In this document: one piece after another, positions 38,824 to 49,705 of the stretch
How the letters are laid out: each line of letters begins with the position of its first letter
Position numbering within the stretch: position 1 is the first letter of the stretch
Assembly (NCBI GenBank): GCA_977017645.1
Contig: OZ360236.1
Span: forward strand, 31,682,001-31,746,000
Direction of reading: 5' to 3'
From: Torpedo marmorata
Taxonomy: Eukaryota
Length of the DNA: 64,000 bases
Notes under the pieces: generated by a model
What the model was told of the DNA's origin: nothing
Seen by the model: the letters and a program-made list of their open reading frames with translations, nothing else
The model's database searches: none
Program-made: the position numbers and the translations under genes

Positions 38824-40046
38824 ACTGTATAAATGAAAATAGTTCATATTTTTGTGTTTGTGGATGAACATTGTGGGTTTTTTGTATATTGTAACACCTC
38901 AATTTCCAAAATTTTGTTCTTGCAGATCAAAGTTTTCTTTGTGGGTGGGAGGTGTTATGGACCAGGACTGACCATTTGGACTGCGGACGGTCAGCAGGAA
39001 GGATGAAGTCTTTTGTAGTACTGTTATGGACTATAACTGACCATATGGACTGCGGACGGTCAGCAGGAAGGATTAAGTCTTTTGGAGTATACACTGGGGC
39101 CAGGTACTGAAAGAGTTAACTTCCCCAGCTACTTGGTGTACCCAGACAAGATACATTGTTGCACTCTTGGTGTACCCAGACAGAGAGAGACCAGAGAGAG
39201 AGATAGACTAGACAAGATACATTTGTTTCACTTCTGCAAAAAGCAGGGGCAGATCTCTGCAAAGCACACAGTTTGTGAGTTGCAAAGGCTACAGGACACA
39301 GCCAAATCCAGGCTTGTGTGAAGTCAGAGAAAAGACTGACAGGATAGCACATGGATTCCTGTCTCAGAGAAATTCTGAGAAAAAGCAACTTCTGTGGAGA
39401 ACAGGCGTGAGATCAGCGAGACTAGCTGTGAGATTCAAGCATACGCCTAAATCAGTGGTATACTGATCTGGAACTTGCAATCCTTATGAACCTACAAGAA
39501 GGGGACATCATCAGAGAAGAAAACAAGTACTTGTAAGCATAAACAGTCATTGTCTCTCTCCAACGTTCATTCAGAAGTAATTCTACCAGACACAGAGCTG
39601 AAGTTGAAGCCTGAACTTAGAGAGTGGATTTTGTGGACTGTATTATTCTTTTTTTTGACTGACTTGTTTTTTTATGACTGACCTGGGGTTTTGGGGAAAG
39701 TTTTTCCATTTTTACATAAGGGTTGGGCACAGACTGTAATGGTCTGGGCTTTACACACACACACCTTTTAGATAAGAATAGTGTTATAGACATTTATAGT
39801 GGGGTTAATTGTTGTGAAATTATATGTTTAATTGTGTTTAATAAATAGTAATTTCAATTTTACCCCTTTTGCATTGCGTCTTCTGTCATTGCTGGTTTGA
39901 ATTTGTAACAAATTGGGGGCTCGTCCTAGGATTTGAATCAAAATCCATCTTGGTAATTGAAGGAATCCCAGTTTGGTTTAAGGCATTCCTTTTGGTAAAG
40001 CTAATTAAAAGCTCGTGTGTGTGTAACAAAAAAAAACCCAGCAACA

Positions 40047-43000
40047 ATGGATGTAGAATATTTTTTGGAATCACCTGAACCTGATACTTTAAAAAAGGCG
40101 AAAAAGGAACAGTTAGTGGCTATAGCAACAGAGTTGGGCATTGCTTCTGTAAAACCATCTATGAAAAAGGCAGAGATTGGGAGAAAAATTGTCAAATACT
40201 ATATAAAAGAAAAAAAATTTGAGGAGAGCATGTTAAACCTTCTGAAAACATACAGTTGGAACTAAAGAAATTGGAGGCAGACAGGGAACAAAAGAACAGG
40301 GAATTGGAACAAAAGAAATTAGAATTGGAATTGGAACGAAAGAGATTAGACTTAGAGAACGATGAGAAAAATAGGAGATATGAGCTGGAAAAGATGAGGT
40401 TGGAAAATGGGAGGAGACAAGAAGAGCGCCAAGATCAAATTCGTCATACTGCTGAGGGGTTTTTGGCGAGGAGAGAAGTTAGGTTGGTTCCTCCATTTGA
40501 GGAGGCAGAAATAGATGTACTTCCAACATTTTGAGAAAGTGGCTGTGAAATTAAAATGGCCACAAGACCAATGGTCTCTTATGTTACAAAGTGTAATAAA
40601 AGGAAAAGCTCAGCAAGCTTATTCTACTCTTACCACAGAACAAGCTGCTGATTATGAAACGGTGAAGAAGGCTATACTCCAGGCTTATGAGTTAGTTCCA
40701 GAGGCTTATAGACAGAAGTTTAGAAATTTAAAAAGATCAGCAACCCAATCTTATACAGAGTTTGCCTATGAAAAAGTTGTGTGTTTTGACAGATGGTGCA
40801 CATCTAAGGAAGTAAACAATGATTACAATCAATTGAGAGAATTGATAATAATCGAGGAGATAAAAAGGTGTGTTCCTGAGGATATTAAGGCATACTTAGA
40901 TGAAAAGGAGGTGAAAACTTGGCAAAATTCAGCTAAGTTAGCAGATGAATATGCTTTAACCCACAAGCCTAAGTGGACGTCAGGTAGAATTTTCCAAAAG
41001 GTCACGGTGGAAAATCAGAAGCCAGTGGAAAGTAAATTTGGAAGTGGTGTTAAGGAAAGGGATGAAGGAAAGTGGAAAAGGGAAGACAATTCGGGTCCCA
41101 TTTGCCACTACTGTAGGAAGGCTGGTCATATGCTAGCAAGCTGTCCAGTGTTGAAAAAGAAGAGAGAAAAGGATGCAACACCTAATGCTTGTATTCAGAG
41201 TGAGAAGATGCATAACACCCAGGAAGGAGATAAATTTACTGACAAAGTTAAAGATGTATTTAAACCTTTTGTGACTGATGGTTTTGTTTCAGTTAAGGCA
41301 GGATCAAAACAAGTGCCAGTGAAAATCTTGCGAGATACTGGAGCTGCTCAGTCACTTGTGTTAGATAGTGTCTTGGAATTTTGTGAAGCTACTGACACCG
41401 GTGACATAAATTTAATAAAAGGAATTGGTGGTGAGGTAGAGTCCATTTCTTTGCACAAAATAGTATTGGACTCAGACTTGGTGGAAGGACCAGTTATAAT
41501 CGGAGTGAGATCAGAGTTGCCAGTAGAAGGAGTCTCACTGTTGTTAGGCAATGACTTGGCCAAGGGTAAAGTAGTTCCTGCAGTGCGAATGACCACTAAG
41601 CCCGTCATTGATAAGTCAGAGAAAGACTCTGATATTTATCCGGCATGTGCCATAACCAGGGCCATGTCTAAGAAAAATGTCACTGTAGAGAAGGCAGTGG
41701 AAAATAACTTGGTAAATGAAAAAGAAACTGATAATCAAGAAAACCTGGAAAAGGTTGAGCAATCTCCTATGTTACACCCATCCACTGATAAGACACCTAA
41801 AGGCACAGATTTGTCACTATCCCGACAGGAGTTAATAGCAAGGCAAAAGGACGATCCTGATCTTGTTCAGGTGAGGGATAATGTTCTCTCTGAAGAGGAG
41901 ATTAAAAAGGTGCCAGTAGGTTATTATGAAAAAGATGGGGTGTTGATGAGAAAGTGGAGACCACGTGATGTGCCTGCCAATGAAGAATGGGCAGTAGTGC
42001 AGCAGGTTGTAATCCCTAAAGTATATAGGGATGCAATAATAACTTTGGCTCATAGTACACCCTTAGGTGGTCATCTTGGGGTGAAGAAAACTATAAGGAA
42101 GATAATGAAACAATTTTATTGGCCCAGTTTGAGAAGGGAGGATGTAAGCTTTTGCCGGGCCTGTCACACTTGTCAGGTGGTGGGTAAACCTAATCAGGGT
42201 CCCCCGGTGGCACCCTTGCAACCTATCCCTGCTTTCAGTGAGCCTTTCTCGAGAGTAATTGTGGACTGTGTTGGCCCATTGCCCAAAACCAAAGCGGGGA
42301 ATGAATATTTGTTAACAATTATGTGTGCAGCCACCAGATTTCCAGAGGCCATTCCTCTGAGAAACATAAAAGCAAAGTCAATTGTAAAGGCTATGGTAAA
42401 GTTTTTCACCTTGGTAGGTTTGCCAAGGGAAATTCTATCAGATCAGGGCAGTAATTTCATGTCAGGCGTTTTCCAGCAAATGGTTGATGGACTAGGAGTT
42501 AAACAGATTGTATCTTCTGCGTACCATCCAGAAAGTCAAGGGGCCTTGGAGAGGTTCCATTCGACTTTGAAAACCATGATTAGAACCTATTGTTGTGAGA
42601 AGGAAAAGGATTGGGATGAGGGGGTTCATTTGTTGTTATTTGCAGCGAGGGAGTCTGTCCAAGATTCACTTGGATTTAGTCCATTCGAGTTAGTTTTCGG
42701 ACATGAGGTGAGAGGTCCTTTAAGATTATTAAAAGAACAGTGGATTAATCGTGATGTGCATTTAAATCTGTTAGATTTTGTTTCCAAATTTAAGGATCGA
42801 TTGCATAGGGCTTGTGAGATGGCAAAGGAGAATTTAAAGGCCACTCAACAGAGAATGAAGGTTTGGTATGATCGAAAGGCAAAGATTAGAACTTTTAAAC
42901 CTGGTGAGAACGTATTAGTTCTGTTTCCCATCCATTCAAATCATCTTAGGACTAGATTTTCAGGACCCTATAGAGTTAAGTCAAAAATTAATGATGTCAC

Positions 43001-43428
43001 CTATGTCATAGAAACACCTAATCGCAGATGAGACACACAGGTCTGTCATGTGAATATGATTAAGCCATATTTTGAACAGGTGCCACACAAAGGGACTGAA
43101 CATTTACCAGAGATACTGGTTATTGACAGGGGTAAGGAGGAGACAGATAAAACCAGTTTCAGAGAGGGTCATGGGACTGTTAATTCTCGGGGTTATGTAG
43201 TAGGACAGGGGCAGTTGGCGCCAGTAGAGGCAAAGGTTGTGACTATTTCCGAGTTCCCTGTTCCAACTGGTAAGAAAACTCTGAGGAGGTTCCTGGGAAT
43301 GATTGGCTACTACCGCAAGTTCTGTAAAAACTTTGCTGATCTTGCGCTCCCTCTCACAAATTTGCTTAGAAAGAAAGAAAAATTTGTATGGTCAACAGGT
43401 TGTCAGGAAGCATTTGTCAAATTGAAAG
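40047..43428 (+). pseudogene. Copy B Gag-PR-IN-RT remnant (continues at 49283)
   Basis: An 838-aa open stretch at 40515-43031 covers capsid, knuckle, protease and integrase. There are frameshifts in the N-terminal Gag. Confidence 0.9.
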
Positions 43429-46400
43429 TGTTACAAAATCAAACCAGCAACGACAGAAGACGCAATGCAAAAGGGGTAAAATTGAAATTATTATTTATTA
43501 AACACAAGTAAACATATAATTTCACAACAATTAACCCCACTATAAACGTCTATAAACTCTATTCTTATCTAAAAAGGTGTATGTGTGTGTGTGTAAAGCC
43601 CAGACCATTAGTCTGTGCCCAACCCTTATGTAAAAATGGAAAAACTTTCCCCAAAAACCCCTGGTCAGTCAAAAAAAAGAGAATAATACAGTCCACAAGA
43701 TCCACTCTCTAAGTTCAGGCTTCAATACAGCTCTGAGTCTGGTAGAAGTACTTCTGAATGAACGTTGGAGAGAGACAATGAATGTTTATGCTTACAAATA
43801 CTTGTTTTCTTCTCTGATGACGTCCCCTTCTTGTAGGTTCATAAGGATTGCAAGTTCCAGATCAGTTTACCACTGATTTAGGCGTATGCTTGAATCTCAC
43901 AGCTAGTCTCGCTGATCTCACGCCTGTTCTCCACAGAAGTTGCTTTTTCTCAGAATTTCTCTGAGACAGGAGGTCATGTGCTATCCTGTCAGTCTTTTCT
44001 CTGACTTGCACAAGCCTGGATTTGGCTGTGTCCTGCAGCCTTTGCAACTCACAAACTGTGTGCTTTGCAGAGATCTGCCCCTGCTTTTTGCAGAAGTGAA
44101 ACAAATGTATCTTGTCTAGTCTGTCTCTCTCTCTCTGGTCTCTCTCTGTCTGGGTACACCAAGAGTGCAACAATGTATCTTGTCTGGGTACACCAAGTAG
44201 CTGGGGAAGTTAACTCTTTCAGTACCTGTCCCCAGTGTATACTCCAAAAGACTTCATCCTTCCTGCTGACCGTCCGCAGTCCAAATGGTCAGTCATGGTC
44301 CATAACACCTCCCACCCACAAAAGAAATTTTGGTCTGCAAGAACAAAATTTAGGAAAGTAAGTGAGGTGTCAGAATATAAACAAAATCTACAATGTTCAT
44401 CCACAAATACAAAATATGAACTATTTTCATTGATAAAGTTTAACATCTAGAAAGACAATCAGCAATTACATTATCTCTCCCTTTTATATGATTACCAAAT
44501 TATATTCTTGTAAAATTAGACTCCAATTCAACAACCGTCGATTCTTATTTTTCATTTTTCAAAGAAAAACCAATGGATTATGGTCAGTATACACCATGAG
44601 TGGTTTTTGAGCTGTACAGATATACACATCAAAATGTTGTAGAGCCAACACAAGAGCCAACAACTCTTTCTCTATAGTTGAATAATTCCTTTGATGATCA
44701 TTGAACTTCTTCGAGAAGTAGGATACCGGGTGGTCAATGTCCTCTTCGTTCTTCTTCTGTAACAGCACCGCACCCACAGCTTCATCACTCGCATCCACGG
44801 CTAAAGAAAACGACTGTTCTAAATAAGGTGACTTAAGCACAGGTTGGTGGCATAACATGGCTTTCAATTTGACAAATGTTTCCTGACAACCTGTTGACCA
44901 TACAAATTTCTCTTTCTTTCTAAGCAAATTTGTGAGAGGGAGCGCAAGATCAGCAAAGTTTTTACAGAACTTGCGGTAGTAGCCAATCATTCCCAGGAAC
45001 CTCCTCAGAGTTTTCTTACCAGTTGGAACAGGGAACTCGGAAATAGCGACAACCTTTGCCTCTACTGGCGCCAACTTCCCCTGCCCTACAACATAACCCC
45101 GAGAATTAACAGTAGCATTACCCTCTCTGAAACTGGTTTTATCTGTCTCCTCCTTACCCCTGTCAATAACCAGTACCTCTGGTACATTTTCAGTCCCTTT
45201 GTGAGGCACCTGTTCAAAATACAGCTTAATCATATTCACATGATAGACCTGTGTGTCTCGTCTGCGATTAGGTGTTTCTATGACATAGGTGATTCTATGA
45301 CATAGGTGACATCATTAATTTTTGACTTAACTCTATAGGGTCCTGAAAATCTAGCCCTAAGAGGATTTGAATGGATGGGAAACAGAACTAATACGTTCTC
45401 ACCAGGTTTAAAAGTTCTCATCTTCGCCTTTCGATCATACCAAACCTTCATTCTCTGTTGAGTGGCCTTTAAATTCTCCTTTGCCATCTCACAAGCCCTA
45501 TGTAACCGATCCTTAAATTTGGAAACATAATCGTAACAGATTTAAATGCACATCACGATTAATCCACTGTTCTTTTAATAATCTTAAAGGACCTCTCACC
45601 TCATGTCCGAAAACTAACTCGAATGGACTAAAACCAAGTGAGTCTTGGACAGACTCCCTCGCTGCAAATAACAACAAATGAACCCCCTCATCCCAATGCT
45701 TTTCCTTCTCACAACAATAGGTTCTAATCATGGTTTTCAAAGTCGTTTGGAACCTCTCCAAGGCCCCTTGACTTTCTGGATGGTACGCAGAGGATACAAT
45801 CTGTTTAACTCCCAGTCCATCAACCAATTGTTGGAAAACGCCTGACATGAAATTACTGCCCTGATCTGATTGAATTTCCCTTGGCAAACCTACCAAGGTG
45901 AAAAACTTTACCATAGCCTTTACAATTGACTTTGCTTTTATGTTTCTCAGAGGAATGGCCTCTGGAAATCTGATGGCTGCACACATAATTGTTCACAAAT
46001 ATTCATTCCCCGCTTTGGTTTTGGGCAATGGGCCAACACAGTCCACAATCACTCTCGAGAAAGGCTCACTGAAAGCAGGGATAGGTTGCAAGGGTGCCAC
46101 CGGGGGACCCTGATTAGGTTTACCCACCACCTGACAAGTGTGACAGGCCCTGCAAAAGCTTACAACCTCCCTTCTTAAACTGGGCCAATAAAATTGTTTC
46201 ATTATCTTCCTTATAGTTTTCTTCACCCCAAGATGACCACCTAAGGGTGTACTATGAGCCAAAGTTATTATTGCATCCTTATATACTTTAGGGATCACAA
46301 CCTGCTGCACTACTGCCCAATCTTCATTGGCAGGAACATCACGTGGTCTCCACTTTCTCATCAACACCCCATCTTTTTCATAATAACCCACTGGCACCTT

Positions 46401-49278
46401 TTTAATCTCCTCTTCAGAGAGAACCTTATCCCTCACCTGAACAAGATCAGGATCGTCCTTTTGCCTTGCTATTAACTCCTGTCGGGATAGTGACAAATCT
46501 GTGCCTTTAGGTGTCTTATCAGTGGATGGGTGTAACATAAGAGATTGCTCAACCGTTTCCAGGTTTTCTTGATTATCAGTGTCTTTTTCATTTACCAAGT
46601 TATTTTCCACTGCCTTCTCAACAGTGGCATTTTTCTTAGACATGGCCCTGGTTATGGCACATGCCGGATAAATATCAGAGTCTTTCTCTGACTTATCAAT
46701 GACTGGCTTAGTGGTCATTCGCACTGCAGGAACTACTTTACCCTTGGCCAAGTCATTGCCTAACAACAGTGAGACTCCTTCTACTGGCAACTCTGATCTC
46801 ACTCCTATTTTCACTGGTCCTTCCACCAAGTGTGAGTCCAATACTATTTTGTGCAAAGGAATGGACTCTACCTCACCACCAATTCCTTTAATTAAATTTA
46901 TGTCACCGGTGTCAGTAGCTTCACAAAATTCCAAGACACTATCTAACACAAGTGACTGAGCAGCTCCAGTATCTCGCAAGATTTTCACTGGCACTTGTTT
47001 TGATCCTGCCTTAACTGAAACAAAACCATCAGTCACAAAAGGTTTAAATACATCTTTAACTTGGTCAGTAAATTTATCTCCTTCCTGGGTGTTATGCATC
47101 TTCTCACTCTGAATACAAGCATTAGGTGTTGCATCCTTTTCTCTCTTCTTTTTCAACACTGGACAGCTTGCTAGCATATGACCAGCCTTCCTACAGTAGT
47201 GGCAAATGGGACCCGAATTGTCTTCCCTTTTCCACTTTCCTTCATCCCTTTCCTTAACACCACTTCCAAATTTACTTTCCACTGGCTTCTGATTTTCCAC
47301 CGTGACCTTTTGGAAAATTCTACCTGACGTCCACTTAGGCTTGTGGGTTAAAGCATATTCATCTGCTAACTTAGCTGAATTTTGCCAAGTTTTCACCTCC
47401 TTTTCATCTAAGTATGCCTTAATATCCTCAGGAACACACCTTTTTATCTCCTCGATTATTATCAATTCTCTCAATTGATTGTAATCATTGTTTACTTCCT
47501 TAGATGTGCACCATCTGTCAAAACACACAACTTTTTCATAAGCAAACTCTGTATAAGATTGGGTTGCTGATCTTTTTAAATTTCTAAACTTCTGTCTATA
47601 AGCCTCTGGAACTAACTCATAAGCCTGGAGTATAGCCTTCTTCACCGTTTCATAATCAGCAGCTTGTTCTGTGGTAAGAGTAGAATAAGCTTGCTGAGCT
47701 TTTCCTTTTATTACACTTTGTAACATAAGAGACCATTGGTCTTGTGGCCATTTTAATTTCACAGCCACCTTCTCAAAATGTTGGAAGTACTTATCTATTC
47801 CTGCCTCCTCAAATGGAGGAACCAACCTAACTTCTCTACTAGCCAAAAACCCCTCAGCAGGATGACGAATTTGATCTTGGCGCTCTTCTTGTCTCCTCTC
47901 ATTTTCCAACCTCATCTTTTCCAACTCATATTTCCTATTTCTCTCATCGTTCTCTAAGTCTAATCTCTTTTGTTCTAATTCCAATTCTAATTTCTTTTGT
48001 TCCCTGGCTGCCTCCAATTCCAATTTCTTTAGTTCCAACTGTATGTTTTCAGACGGTTTACCCTTGGGAAACTGCTCTAACACGCTCTCCTCAAACTTTT
48101 TTTCTTTTATATAGTATTTGACTATTTTTCTCCCAATCTCTGCCTTTTTCATAGATGGTTTTACAGAAGCAATGCCCAACTCTGTTGCTATAGCCACTAA
48201 CTGTTCCTTTTTCGCCTTTTTTAAAGTATCAGGTTCAGGTGATTCCAAAAAATGTTCTACATCCATTGTTGCTGGTTTTTTGTTACACACACACTAGCTT
48301 TTAATTAGCTTTACAAAAGGAATGCCTTAAACCAAACTGGGATTCCTTCAATTACCAAGATGGATTTTGATTCAAATCCTAGGACGAGCCCCCAATTTGT
48401 TACGAAATCAAACCAGCAACGACAGAAGACGCAATGCAAAAGGGGTAAAATTGAAATTATTATTTATTAAACACAAGTAAACATATAATTTCACAACAAT
48501 TAACCCCACTATAAACGTCTATAAACTCCATTCTTATCTAAAAGGTGTATGTGTGTGTGTGTAAAGCCCAGACCATTACAGTCTGTGCCCAACCCTTATG
48601 TAAAAATGGAAAAACTTTCCCTAAAAACCCCAGGTCAGTTTAAAAAAAAGAGAATAATACAGTCCACAAGATCCACTCTCTACGTTCAGGCTTCAATACA
48701 GCTCTGAGTCTGGTAGAAGAACTTCTGAATGAACGTTGGAGAGAGACAATGACTGTTTATGCTTACAAATACTTGTTTTCTTCTCTGATGACGTCCCCTT
48801 CTTGTAGGTTCATAAGGATTGCAAGTTCCAGATCAGTATTCCACTGATTTAGGCGTATGCTTGAATCTCACAGCTAGTCTCGCTGATCTCACGCCTGTTC
48901 TCCACAGAAGTTGCTTTTTCTCAGAATTTTTCTGAGACAGGAGGCCATGTGCTATTTTGTCAGTCTTTTCTCTGACTTCACACAAGCCTGGATCTGGCTG
49001 TGTCTTGTAGCCTTTGCAACTCACAACTGTGTGCTTTGCAGAGATCTGCCCCTGCTTTTTGCAGAAGTGAAACAAATGTATCTTGTCTAGCCTGTCTCTC
49101 TCTCTCTGGTCTCTCTCTGTCTGGGTACACCAAGAGTGCAACAATGTATCTTGTCTGGGTACACCAAGTAGCTGGGGAAGTTAACTCTTTCAGTACCTGG
49201 CCCGAGTGTATACTCCAAAAGACTTCATCCTTCCTGCTGACCGTCTGCAGTCCAAATGGTCAGTCATAGTCCATAACA
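43429..49278 (-). mobile_element. Gmr1-like copy C, inserted antisense inside copy B
   Basis: 5' LTR 48398-49278, 3' LTR 43429-44307, TSD AAAG (43425-28 and 49279-82), PBS 48382-94, PPT 44308-19. Total length 5850 bp. Confidence 0.95.
44440..48266 (-). pseudogene. Copy C Gag-PR-IN-(RT remnant)-RNase H polyprotein
   Basis: Open from ATG 48266 to a premature stop at 45993. Integrase core, RT thumb and RNase H follow, with small indels. Confidence 0.9.
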
Positions 49279-49282
49279 AAAG

Positions 49283-49705
49283 CCATGTTATGCCACAAAC
49301 CTGTGCTTAAGTCACCTAATTTAGAACAGTCGTTTTCTTTAGCCGTGGATGCCAGCGATGAAGCTGTGGGTGCGGTGCTGTTACAGAAGAAGAACGAAGA
49401 GGACGTTGACCATCCGGTATCCTACTTCTCGAAGAAGTTCAATGATCATCAAAGGAATTATTCAACTATAGAAAAAGAGTTGTTGGCTCTTGTGTTGGCT
49501 CTACAACACTTTGATGTGTATATCTGTACAGCTCAAAAACCACTCAGTGTATACTGACCATAATCCATTGGTTTTTCTTTGTAAAATGAAAAATAAGAAT
49601 CGACGGTTGTTGAATTGGAGTCTAATTTTACAAGAATATAATTTGGTAATCACTCATATAAAAGGGAAAGATAATGTAATTGCTGATTGTCTTTCTAGAT
49701 GTTAA
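49283..49705 (+). pseudogene. RNase H part of copy B
   Basis: LAVDASD, EKELLA, YTDH and IADCLSRC-stop, with one frameshift. Confidence 0.88.

Noticed and set aside
39082-39466. Recurrent small ORFs in the LTRs (MEYTLGPGTERVN...)
   Set aside because: They recur only because the LTR is repeated. Frames and lengths differ between copies and many start at non-ATG codons.
39022-49278. Large inverted duplication or assembly error
   Set aside because: Explained by an independent antisense insertion with its own AAAG TSD and many substitutions relative to B.
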